From NCBI GenBank assembly GCA_964016885.1, contig OZ024740.1, positions 260,214,001 through 260,278,000 on the forward strand: a stretch of DNA of 64,000 bases, in the 5' to 3' direction. Positions 51,899 to 64,000 of the stretch are shown one piece after another. Origin of the DNA: Eledone cirrhosa. Lineage: Eukaryota. A program made the position numbers and the translations under genes. The notes below the pieces were generated by a model. It saw nothing but the letters and a program-made list of their open reading frames with translations. It made no database searches and had not been told where the DNA came from. Within the stretch, counting starts at the first letter, position 1; the number at the start of each line of letters is the position of its first letter.

Positions 51899-54800
51899 CA
51901 TCATCATCATCACCGTTTTACGTCCGTTCTTCCACGCTAGCATGGGTTAGACGGGTTGTCCTGTTGTTGGCAGTGTCTGATCGGCTGACCATGCCTTGCT
52001 CATACAGGAACTAATTTGGCTTGATTTCTACAGCTGGATGCCCTTCCTAACACCAACCTCATTTACAGTGAGTGCTGGGTGCTTTTTCGTGGCGCCTACA
52101 CGTCCACTTTACAGTGTGGGCTGGGTGTTTTTTTGCCGTGGCACCTCCACGACCACCTTGCAGTGGGAGGGTGTGGTGGCATATTGTCTATATGCTTCAG
52201 CTTGTACCCATGGGAGGTCGGGTACTCTGTATTACTGCGTGACGCCAGAGGTCACGGTCGTGTGTCATCGCCTTTGAGAGGTGTAATTGGGTAAGGTCGG
52301 CTTTTATCACCTCATCCCAGGTCATCTTGGGTCTCCCCACTCCGTGGTTTCCATCGACTTCTAGTGCTCTGCACCTTTTTATGCAGCTGTCATCCTTCAT
52401 ACACATCACATGTCCATACCAACGCATCTGCCTCTCCTGCACACAGCATTCGATTCCTCTTATGCTCAGTCTCTCTCTCAATTCATTTATGCTTTGCCGT
52501 TCGCGTATATTCCTATTACACATCCATCGGAGCATGCAGGCTTCGTTTCTCTCTAATCTACGTAAGTCTTCCACCTTCAGTGCCCAGGTCTCACTACCAT
52601 GTAACATTGCTGTTCGGATACACGCATCATACAGTCTGCCTTTCATTTTGAGGGAGAAGCCTTTTACAGCTAGCAGTGGTAGCAGTTCCCTGAACTTCTT
52701 CCATCCCGTTCTTACCCTAGTTATTGTACTTTCTGAACACCCACCTCCGCTGCTAATTCGGTCACCTAGGTAGCAGAAGCTGTCTACTGTCTCTACAGAG
52801 CCCTCCCAGAGATTGGTGGTACTTGTTTCCTGTGGCTGCTTGCTGCCCCAGTACAGCTGCTACATGTGAAGCCTACATTCTTAATTAAGCTTCCTGAGAT
52901 CCCGCTACATCTCTTGTGTACCCATTGTTTGCATTTGGGGCAGAGAATGGAGTTCCTACCTACACCTTTCCTACATACTGAGCAAGGCCATTTCCCTGAG
53001 GGGGATCTGGGTTCTGTTTTCTCGTCTACTTACAAGGACCTTAGTCTTTGTCATGTTGACTTTGAGACCCTTTCTTTCTAGTCCCTGCTTCCAAGTTTGG
53101 AATTTCTTCTCTAGTTCTACCATAGATTCAGCTATAAGTGCAAGGTCATCAGCATACAGGAGTTCCCATGGGCATCCGGTCTTAAACTCCTCTGTTATTG
53201 CCTGCAGGACTATGAAGAACAGGAGAGGGCTAAGAACAGAGCCCTGGTGAACCCCAACCTGTACGCTAAATTCCTCGCTATACTCATTGCTAATCCTAAC
53301 TTTGCTGACTGCTCCCCTATACATGGCTTGTACAGCTTTCACAAGCCATTCATCTACTCCTAGTTTTCTAAGAGCCCACCAGATTACAGCACGTGGAACT
53401 CTATCAAAGGCTTTCTCGAGATCGACGAATGCCAGGTAGAGTGGCTTACTTTTAGCTAGGTACTTTTCCTGTAACTGCCTCACAACGAAGAGGGCATCAG
53501 TGGTGCCTCTTCCTGGTACAAACCCAAATTGCATCTCATCTAGTTTCACCCGGTCCCTAATCAACTGTGCTATAACCCTTTCTGTTACTTTCATGACCTG
53601 GTCCATCAGCTTTATACCTCTATAGTTTCCTCTATCGAGTGCATCACCTTTACCTTTGTAGCAGTTGACAATGAATGATGCTACTGCACCAATCTTTTGG
53701 TATGACACCTTCTAGTATTACCTGGTTAACAATATCTTTGATTGCCTTACTTACTACGCTGCTACTGACTTGTACTGCTGGCCCCTCTATAGGGTCTACT
53801 TGGGGTAGGGTCTCTTCTTCCCATGCATTCTCCTCATTTAGTAATCTATCATAATGACTCTTCCATGCATCTTTCTTCTCAGCACTTGTGAGGGCAAGCT
53901 CACCTTTATCATTCCGGATACACTTCTCTTCAATGACATCACAATTCTCTCTGACACACTGCCTCGCAATCTTGAACACCTCCTGTTTCTGGTCTTCACG
54001 TTGCAAAACATGCTTGAATTTTCTATCCTCTGCTTCCCTCCTAGCTAAGTATACTTGTCGCCTAGCTTCCCTCTTGGTCTCTATGTAATGTACCCTGCTC
54101 CCCCCATTCTTCCATTCTTTCCATGCCTGTCTCTTAGCCTTAACTGCCTCATCTACCTTATTGTTCCACCACCAAGTCACTCTCCTCCTGCTTGTGGTCT
54201 TACTCCAGCCACAGACCTCATCTGTCGCCTCTAGTAAGTTATTTTTTAGGAACTCCCAGTTCTCTTCTACATTGAATGTCTCTATCTGTTCTTCTTTACT
54301 GTCGTAGGCGTTGAGTAAAATATCTTTAAATCTGTTACTGGCTGAGGGGTCTTTCAGCTTCCAGATCTTTCTTCTCCAGGTTGGCCTCTGTTTCCACGTT
54401 TGTCTAGTTCTAACTGTGAGGTCGCTGACAACTAAGCTATGTTGGGATGTACATTCCTCACTAGGGAAGGCTTTTGTGTTTACGACCGTCCTTCTGTCAC
54501 GTCCTCTGATGAGGATAAAATCTATCTGACTAGAATGCTCCCCTGATCTATAGGTGATCAGGTGGTTGTCGGGTTTTTTGAAGTTTGTGTTACATATCGA
54601 CATGTCATTGGCGTCGCAGAATTCTAGAAGTCTGAATCCTTCTTCATTTCTTGTGCCAACCCCATGGCCTCCATGGACTCTATTGAAGCCGTCACAGTGT
54701 TTACCTACGTGTCCGTTAAAATCTCCTGCGATGATTAGGAAGTCATTGTCGTTTGTTAGAGCAGTAGTGTGCATTAGGGACTCGTAAAATATATCCTTAA

Positions 54801-55240
54801 GTTCGTCTGGCAACCCCGATTGGGGTGCGTAAGCTGATATTATTGTGGTAATTGTTTTATTCAGGACTAGTCTGAGTTTAATGATTCTTGCATTTACCCT
54901 GTACACTAAGATTACTTTATCTACCCACTTGTCAGCTAGTAGTATACCTACACCACCCATCCCATCGTCATTTCCCACCCAGAAAAATTTGTAGCACCGA
55001 CTTTTTCCTACAAGGACTCTAGCAGACTCTCCTCTCCATCTAGTCTCTTGCACACAACATATATCAATTTCCTTTCGCTCTAGCATCTCTACGATTTCTC
55101 CTGCTCTTCCTTTCATCGTGCTTACATTGATGGTACCAGCTCGGAGTTTTGGGCATTTGTCGACACTCGTAGGGAAGGGTCGATTTTTGCAGGGGTGTGT
55201 GTGTGCTTCCTCTCTCTGGATTGGCGCTTCACATGGGTGC
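51897..55240 (-). mobile_element. Near full-ORF but frameshifted copy of the same RTE family as 6155-9274
   Basis: ORF pieces 53650-55240, 52971-53708 and 52197-52646 match the intact protein; about 90-bp deletion near 53730; truncated at (TA)n with no 5' array. Confidence 0.93.
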
Positions 55241-55294
<54 letters not shown>

Positions 55295-56089
55295 GTGTGT
55301 ATATATATATATATGTATGTAAGCACCACTTCCCTTCCCCCCTTACATACACCTCCCACGTCCTAACACCCCACCTTTCACCCAGATCCTTACATTTCCA
55401 CCCTTCATCAGATAAGTGCCCTGCCCCAATGCTCACGGTATATACACGCACTTCACCCACCCCAACCCCCAGTCCACACTGTAAAGTACTCATTTTCGTT
55501 CCACGATAAAAAGCAGCTAAGTCAACGCTGTAAATGTGGAGGCATTAGGAAAGGCATCCAGTTGTAGAAACCAAGCCAGAACCAGTTCTGTATGAGCACA
55601 ACAAGCTCACCTGATCTGACTTGTCTCACAACAGGACAACCTGTCTAACCCATGCTAGCATGGACAAATTCATATTAAATGGTGATGATGATGATAACCA
55701 GTGAATTATAATATATGAGAGAGGAAGGATTCATCCCTGCTATACTTTTGCAACACATCTGGGGCCAACTTACTCCATAACATAACTTTAGAATATTATA
55801 TATGTCTCTCAGTGATACACACCTTTTTCAATACCAGGTATGATATGTAGAAATGGTTGATAGTTTCTGTTTCTTGGTAACCTAATTAATAGGTGGAAAA
55901 TGGATTTTAAATGATGATGATGATGTCCTCCTTATCATCATCACTGTTTAGCATCCATTTTTCCATGGGTTAGATGGGTTGTCGATGTCAAGGGACAAGT
56001 CTGGCCAGAACTGGTCACACCATATCTTGCTCCAACAGGACTGTAAATTTGGCTGGGGATTTTACAGCTGGATGCCCTTTCTAACACTA

Positions 56090-56790
56090 ACCACATTTAC
56101 AGTGTGATCTGGATGGCATCATTATTAAGGGGAACAGGCCAGATGGCTGTGCCGGACATATCTCACAGTGGATCCATATTTTTGTACAGGATGGCACCGC
56201 TATGAGGAGGAACAGGTCAGTTGGCCAAACCAAACCCTTCTCACAGCGGAACCACAATCAGGTAACCTGGAACTGAGTGGCGCTACTAAACAAGGATAGA
56301 CAGACCTGTTGGCCTCACTGGACCCTTCTCACAGAAGAACCATAGTTTGGGAACTGCAACCATATTTACAGCTGGTACTGGATGGCTCCACTATGGGGAG
56401 GGACAGGCCAATTGGCCATGCTGAAGTTTTCTCACAGGGGCACCACAGTTCAGGTGCCACAACCACATTGCAGTGCGGAACTGGATGGCACCACTATGAG
56501 GAGGGACAAACCAGTTGGCCGCACCGAACCCTTCACACAGTGGGACCACAGTTCAAGTGCTGCATGACACCGCTATGAGGAGGGAATGGCTAGTTGGCCA
56601 CACCAAACCCTTTTCACAGCAGAGCCACAGTTTGGGTCCTGCAACCACGTTTCCAGTGTAGAACTTGATGGCATCACTATGTGGAGGGAAAGGCTAGTTG
56701 GCCACACCAAACCCTTCTCACAGCGGACTGCAGTTTGGGAGCCTGGAACTGGATGGTACCGCTATGAAGAGTGACAGGCCTGTTGGCCAT
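56090..56790. repeat. Degenerate tandem repeat of about 85-105 bp
   Basis: About 7 copies of ggatggcaccactatgaggagggacaggccagttggccacaccaaacccttctcacag. Confidence 0.7.
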
Positions 56791-56879
56791 GTCAGCCTTA
56801 TTCATAAGTTACTGGATGGGCCTGCCGTCATCTGTGTTTGCAGTGTTGTGCTGGTTGGCACCGTTATGAGCTGAGTCTT

Positions 56880-57450
56880 CGATTGAGTTGTCAACATGGG
56901 TCTTTTGTCGTACGTTGTAGCACCAGAGGACTCAGTCCTATGTCATCCCCATTGGGAGATTTAGTTGAATCAGGTCTGCCTTTATTGTTTCATCCCACAT
57001 CTTCATGGGTCTCTTTCTTTTGGTGCCTCCTGCAACTTTTGAAGCCCTGCACCTCTTTAAACAGCTGTCATCCTTCATGCACATCATGTGACCATACCAC
57101 TGCAGTCTTCTCTCCTGCACACAACATTTGATCCCTCTTATGCCCAGTTTCGCACTTAATACATTTACACATTGCTGTTCGTGTATACTTCTGTTACACA
57201 TCCATCTGATCATGTAGGCTTTGTTTCTTTCCAATCTCTGTAGGTCCTTGGCATGCAGAGCCCATGTTTTGCTATCATGTAGCATTGCTGAGTGCACATA
57301 AGCATCATAGAGCTTAGTGGGAGAACTTTTGTAGTTGGCAGTGGCAGCAGCTCCCTGAACTTTTTCTATCCTGTTCTTGCACTGGCAACTGTGTTTTCTG
57401 CCCAAGCGCCTCCACTGCCTATTTGGTCATCCAGATAGCAGAAGCTATCA
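56880..57450 (-). mobile_element. Old RTE 3' fragment
   Basis: DSFCYLDD, LYDAYVHSAMLH, RLQWYGHMM; frameshifted. Confidence 0.8.
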
Positions 57451-57479
57451 ATGATGATGATGATATATGTATGTATATA

Positions 57480-58925
57480 TGAATGGCTTGTGAGAGCTAT
57501 ACAAGCCATGTATAGAGGAACAGTCAGCAAGGTTAGAATTAACAATGAATATAGTGAAGAATTTAGCATAATAGTAGGGGTTCACCAGAGCTTAAGACTA
57601 CAGAAGAGTTTAAGACTGGCTGCCCATGAGAACTTCTATATGCAGATGATCTAACTCTCATAGCTGAATCCATGGCTGAACTAGAGAAGAAGTTCCAAAC
57701 ATGGAAGCATGGCTTAGAATCAAAAGGCCTTAGAGTTAACTTGTCTAAGACTAAAGTTCTAGTATGTAGAAAGGAGAATAGGGCACAGGTGCCCTCTGGG
57801 AAATGGCCATGCTCCGTGTGTAAGAAAGGAGTAGGGAGAAATTCCATTCTATGCCCCAAATGCAATCTATGGGTACATAAAAGATATAGTGGGATCACAG
57901 GTAAGCTATCTAAGAATGTAGATTTTGCATGTGGCCGATGCTCAGGTGCAGTAAGTAGCAAGGACCCACTGGATGCTATCTCCTTCAACTGCCCAGGTGG
58001 ATTATAGAAATAGTAGACACTTTGCGTTACCTGGGTGATAAAATCAGCAGTGGAGGAGGGTGCTCTGAAAGTGTAGTAGCCGAGTTAGAGCAGGATGGAA
58101 AAAGTTCAGAGAGTTAATACCGCTGTTGGCCACAAGAGGTTTTTCTCTAAAAGTGAAAGGCAGATTGTATGATGCTACATGATATTACATGGTAGTGAGA
58201 CCTGGACGTTGTGTGCTGAAGACTTGCATAGATTAGAAAGAAATGAAGCTTGCATGCTCCGATGGATGAGTAATAGTAATGTGCGTGAACGGTGAAGCAT
58301 AAACGAATTGAGAGAGAGACTAAGCATAAGAGGTATCAAATGATGTGTTCTAGAGAGGAGATTGTGTTAGTATGGCCATGTGATGCGTATGAAGGACAAC
58401 AGCTGTATAAAAAAGTGCAGAGCAATGAAAATTGATGGAAGCTACAGAGTGGGTAGACCAAGAAAAACCTGGGATGAGGTGATAAAAACTGACCTTGCTC
58501 ACTTACACCTCTCTAAGACAATGTCATTGGATCGAGATCTTTGGCGCCATGCAGTTGTACAGAAGACCCGCCTGGCCTTGCATACAAACCTACAGTGAGT
58601 AGGCACCTCTTAACCCAATATACACCCCACCCCACACACCCTACCCCATCCTCCCATTTCCATCCAGTGTTTCGGTGACACCACAAAAAGCACCCAGTCC
58701 ACACTGTAAGGTGGTCATGTAGGAGACACGGTAAAAAGGCTCCCAGTCCACACTGTCAATGTGGTTGGTGTTAGGAAGGGCATCTAGCCGTAGAAAACCT
58801 ACCAGAGTCACTTCCGTATGAGCGAGACATGGTCTCCCGACCATTCCCGCATCAAATAGAACAAAACCATCTAACCCATGCTAACGTGGAAGATGGATGT
58901 TAAACGATGATGATGATGATGATGA
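57480..58925 (+). mobile_element. Degenerate 5'-truncated RTE copy with YADD and PHD region
   Basis: LLYADDL; GKWPCSVCKKGVGRNSILCPKCNLWVHKRYSG...ACGRC; (GAT)n tail. Confidence 0.88.
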
Positions 58926-60375
58926 TAAGGAATTGCTGGAAGGAAGTGTAAAAATCTGGAAGTGATGAAATTATATATTGAAACTTTAAAACAAAAATTA
59001 ATAAAGGAAGTTGTTAAAAATTTTGCATGGTAGCAATAACGGGTTCTGATTTAGGCACAAGCCCATCATCATCAACAAAATTTTTCATCATCTGTTTTCT
59101 TGCTACAGAGGCCCAGCATCATGCTTACATACATTTCCACATTCTACAGGGTGCACCGGGTGTGTTCTATTATGGTATCAGTACTTGGGAGGTTGTCATA
59201 CTTTTGGCACAGCTGCAAAATTTTCTTGACTCTTTGTTTGGCAAGTTTTCTAAAGCTGGATGCTCTTCCTATCACCAACTGCTTTACAGAATGTACTGGG
59301 TGTATTTATTGCATCATTAACATTAGAGAGGCTGTCATTGTGCTCTTGACATAACTGAAGAGTTGTTTTACCCATTTTTAGAATGATTTCCAGAGCTGGA
59401 TACCCTTTACAAAGAGGTTATTGATCAATAACTCAACTGAAGAGACCTCTTTACCCTTGGCAGGTGGAGGGTGGTAGTAGATAGGAATGATTAAGTACAC
59501 AAGAGGTGTGGTAGGATAGCAGGTCGGCTAACAGGAAAGTTTGACTACCCGTGTGACAGATGTATATAAAGTGTTAGTAGTAAGGGCATTAGTGTTGGTA
59601 ACTTCTTAGGATTGGAAACACGATTATCTCACTGGTACTCTTACTACCAGCTATCTCTATGTCTCTGTCTCATACAAAATTTTCCTTTATTAATAATTGT
59701 TTCTACTTTAGGCAAAGGCCAGCAATTACCCAGTGCATTACTGGTACTTTATTTTATCGACCCCGTAAGGATGAAAGGCAAAGTCAACCTCGGCGGGATT
59801 TGAACTCAGATCGTAAAGGGACGTAACTATGCTTCCAACAATTTTGCAGGAGAGGAAAGTCAATTATATCAACCCCAGTGCATTATGGGTGCTTTATTTT
59901 ATTGACCTTGTAAGGATGCAAGGCAAAGCTAAGCTTGGTAGGATTTGAAATCAGAATGTAAAGAGGGACATAACTATATGCCACAAAGCATCATGTCTGC
60001 CGCTTTACCAATACTGCCTATTCACTGCCCTAATAATAATAATGATGATTTATGATTTGGACACAAGGTCAACAAATTTTGGGGAGAGGAAAGTTGATTA
60101 AATCAACCCCAGTGCATTACTGGTGCATTATTTTATTAACCTCGGAAGGATGAAAGGCAAAGTTAACCTTGGCAGAATTTGAGCTCAGAAACCAGGACTA
60201 ATCACTACAAAGTATTTTATCCAGAGCTCTAACGATTCTGCCAATCCACCACCCTTTATTAATAATGAGAAAGTTAGTCATATTACTAAATCCCTTTAAA
60301 TTCTTGACTATTTTCTAAATTATTTGAACATCTGAGGTACTTTCATTTGGAATATCAGATTTAAAGAATATTGAG

Positions 60376-60717
60376 TACAGAGTACAGAGTACCCGACCTC
60401 CCATGGGTACAAGCTGAAGCATATAGACAATATGTCCCCACACCCCCCACCACAAGGTGGTCGTGGAGGTGCCACGGCAAAAAAGCACCCAGCCCACACT
60501 GTAAAGTGGACGTGTAGGCGCCACAAAAAAGCACCCAGCACTCACTGAAAATGAGGTTGGTGTTAGGAAGGGCATCCAGCTGTAGAAATCAAGCCAAATC
60601 AGTTCCTGTATGAGCAAGGCATGGTCAGCCGACCAGACACTGCCCACAACAGGACAACCCGTCTAACCCATGCTAGCGTGGAAGAACGGACGTATGATGA
60701 TGATGATGATGATGATG
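60376..60717 (+). mobile_element. RTE 3' UTR-only insertion
   Basis: Nearly identical to the reverse complement of 5875-6190; (GAT)n tail. Confidence 0.85.
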
Positions 60718-62206
60718 AGAAAGTTAATTACATCATTTAATCCCTTCAAATCCTTAATTTTATTTTCAAAATTATTTCAAAACCATAAGGGATGTCTTTT
60801 ATTAGAAATATATTATTGGAAGGGTTAATACAATTCCTGGTTCTATGTTAGAAAACTGTTTATTTTATAGTGCTTATATTTACATAAAAAAACTTCCACC
60901 ATAGTATTATGTAATAATGAGAAGGTTAGTTATATTATTAAATCCCTGTACATACATCTGCCACATAAAAATCGATGTACAAATGTGTGAGTATCATCAT
61001 CATCATTATTTTATGTCCATTTATCGATGCTGGCATGGGTTAGACGAGTTGTCCTGTTGTGGGCAATGTTAGGTCAGGTGACTATGTCTTGCTCATACAG
61101 AACTGATTTTGGCTTGGTTTCTACAGCTAAATGCCCTTCCTAACACCAACCTCATTTACAGAGAGTACTGGGTGTCTTTTGTTGTGATACCTCCATGACC
61201 ATTTTACAGTGAGTACTGGGTCCTTTTTGTCGTGACACCTCCATGACCACTTTACAGTGCTTTTTACTGTGTCATCATCACAACCACTTTACAGTGTTTC
61301 GGAACTGTCCACATGACAGATGTATAGGAGGGTGGGATGGGGTGGTACATTCTGTATATATGTTTCAGCTGTGGCCTGTGCCCATGGGAAGTCAGGTCTT
61401 CTGTATTACTGCATAATGCCAGAGATCTCGGTCCTGTGTCATCACCTTTGAGAGGTGCAATTGGGCAAGGTCGGCTTTTATCATTTCATCCTAAGTCTTT
61501 CTGGGTTTCCCAACTCCAAGGCTTCCATCGACTTTGAGCACTCTGCACCTTTTTATGCAGCTGTCATCCTTCATAAGCATCACATGTTTAACATTCACTT
61601 TTCCATGCTAGCATGGGTTAGATGAGTTGTCCCATTGTGAGACAAGTCAAATTAGATGACCATGTATTACTTATACAGAACTGTTTCTACCTTGGTTTCT
61701 ACAGCTAGATACTCTTCCTAACACCAGCCACATTTACAGTGTGGATTGGATGCTTTTTTATCGAGACACCTACATGATCACTTCACAGTGTGGATTAGGC
61801 ACTTTTTCATGACTACTGTATAAATATATATATATATATATATAAGCAAAGAGATATTTAATTTGTTGGTTATTCAACAAATTTATTTATAACAGATTCG
61901 AAGCACTCTACAGAATTCTTCTGGAGTATAATATCAATGATATAATATCTAACTATAATATAATTTTTTCTTATACTCATTCCTTAAATTTTCTTACACC
62001 CTAATATTAATATTAATCTTTCTCTCTTCTTCCCTTAAATATTTAAATTTACCTAGCGTCTAAATATAACGATCTTTTTCATCTGTACGTTTAGCCTAAT
62101 TAACATATTCATCCTATGATTTGAAATTTCTTTCACTATCCAAACTGAACTTAAAACGATAAGTTCTTCTTTTTTGGATATGTCAATATTTATAAAACAA
62201 CTTTTG

Positions 62207-62267
62207 TATTTTATCTGATGAGAGCATACCAAAATTTTGGTACGCTTGAAATATATATAATAAAATA
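62207..62267 (+). ncRNA. Type-I hammerhead ribozyme with minimal palindromic stem III
   Basis: UAUUUUAU-CUGAUGA(62215-21)-GAGCAUACCA...UGGUACGCUU-GAAA(62248-51)-UAUAUA-UA-AUAAAAUA; 8-bp stem I, long stem II. Confidence 0.8.
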
Positions 62268-62529
62268 AATATGGTTTTATAAAGATAGTTTCCATTTATT
62301 AATATCATTGATATATATATATGCTTCATCCTTCCCACCAAGCAAGCTTGGTGGGGTTGCAGTTTAGTCACCAACAACCCAAACATCTGACAAATTGTAC
62401 TGGGTTACTTGTTACCAGTAGCACTTGGGAGTGACTTGACATATACATATGTGTGTAAGTGTGTGTATGAGTGTGTGTGCATTTATATGTATATGTGTGT
62501 GTATTTGTGTGAATATATATATGTATGGG

Positions 62530-63545
62530 GCAGATGTGGGCTCCGTAAGCCGTAGTGAAGGCCACCCATCTAGGAGAGTAGACACTGTAAAGTGGTTGGT
62601 GATAGGAAAGGCATCCAGCCAGTAAAACTCAGTCAAAATTACGAAAAGCATGCCCAATATGATTTCCACTAGTTGCAAACACAGGGCTAACATTAGTCCT
62701 GTTAGTGCTGCACACGGTAGTGGGGTGGCTAGAGTAGCCATGTGTGAGAGCCCCTCAACCGTCATCAAGCAATCACACAACCACTTATTTTTCAGGTACA
62801 TAGAACTTCTAACTAAGGCAGTAACAACTATCAAGGTTCAAATCTCAGGACTGCCACTCTCAATGTTGGTAGCCTGAAGGGCAGATCTGGTGAAATTGTG
62901 GAACTATTAGAGAGAAGTAGATGTATACTGTGTGCAAGAAGTGAGAAGGAGGGGTGTCTCAGTAAGATTAATTATGGGCAAGCAACTTAAATTCTACTGG
63001 ATAGGAAATGACAATGAGGTAGAGGTGTAGGTATCTTACTAGCTGAGAAATGGATAGATAAGGTGATAGAGGTAGTTAGAGTAAATGACAGAATCATCAA
63101 GTTTAGACTTGCTCTAAGAAATAGACTGGTGATAATCACATCTACCTGTGCTCTACAGGCAGGACTGGGTAAAGAACAAAAGGACAGGTTCTATGAGGAA
63201 CCTTTACAGACAACTTCAGGTATTGATGAAAGAAACCTCATTATCCTGGCAGGTGATTTTAATGGACATGTGGGACAGTATCAAGATGGATCCAGCGGAG
63301 TTCATGGTGGCTATGGTTAGGGTTCAAGGAATGAAGAGGAGCTGAGACTAACCATCTGCAACACAAATTTCAGGAAACCAGCCAACCACCTGATTTCATA
63401 TCAATCTGGTGAACACACCAAATTGATTACTTACTTAGTAGACAACGAGACAAATGGACTGTTATAATAACTAAGGCCCAGCACAAGTTAGTTATTAGTG
63501 ACATTAGAATAAACATAAGCCAGAACAAGACATGCAGGAAAGCCC
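62530..63545 (+). mobile_element. Degenerate 5' part (APE domain) of an older RTE
   Basis: CVQEVR, RVNDRIIK, QAGL, LAGDFNGHVG, ICNTNFRKP; stops and frameshifts. Confidence 0.8.
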
Positions 63546-64000
63546 CAACAACAACAGCAACAGAACCACCACCAACAACAGCAGCAGAACCACCACTACC
63601 ACCAACAACAACAGCAGCAGAACCACCACTACCAATAACAACAGCAGAACCACTACCACTACCAATAACAACACCAACATCACTACCAACATCACCACCA
63701 ACACTACCACCAACACCACTACCAACACCATCAACACCATCACCACCAACGTTACCAGCACCACCACCATGAACTACAACAACATTAACAACAACACCAA
63801 TAGCAACAGCAACAACAACATTAACACCATTTCCAACAACAACCAACAAACACCACCACCATCACCAATAGCACCACCAACAACACCATCACCAACAACA
63901 ACAAATTCCACCACCAACACCAATACCACCACCGCTACCATCAACTACAATAACAACACCACCACCACCAACATCAGCAACAAAAACATCACCAACATCA
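63545..64000. repeat. (CAA/CAC)n low-complexity tract
   Basis: Directly visible trinucleotide repeats. Confidence 0.9.

Overview
AT-rich, microsatellite-dense eukaryotic DNA. The repeat families suggest a coleoid cephalopod (octopus-like); that is an inference. The only host gene found is the 3' end of a formyltetrahydrofolate synthetase gene (MTHFD1/MTHFD1L type) on the + strand: four coding exons at 1050-1227, 1745-1852, 24629-24781 and 26115-26204, with a 22.8-kb intron. Almost everything else is transposon-derived. There is one intact RTE-clade LINE (1039-aa APE-RT ORF) with a C4HC3 PHD finger inside the RT, preceded by a 3.9-kb, three-level nested tandem array. About a dozen truncated RTE copies sit mostly in (TA)n tracts. 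Other remnants include tRNA-SINEs, a mariner derivative, TTAA MITEs, and L1/Tx1, R4/Dong, CRE-like, Gypsy, Helitron and Penelope-like (Naiad-type) fragments. The least obvious signal is a dispersed set of type-I hammerhead ribozyme folds: seven with both core halves recognisable (two of them degenerate) and several 3' halves. Most lie in short fold-back cassettes bracketed by (TA)n. One lies in the sense orientation inside the host intron. A Ser AGC codon at an otherwise Gly position of the host enzyme is a candidate A-to-I recoding site.
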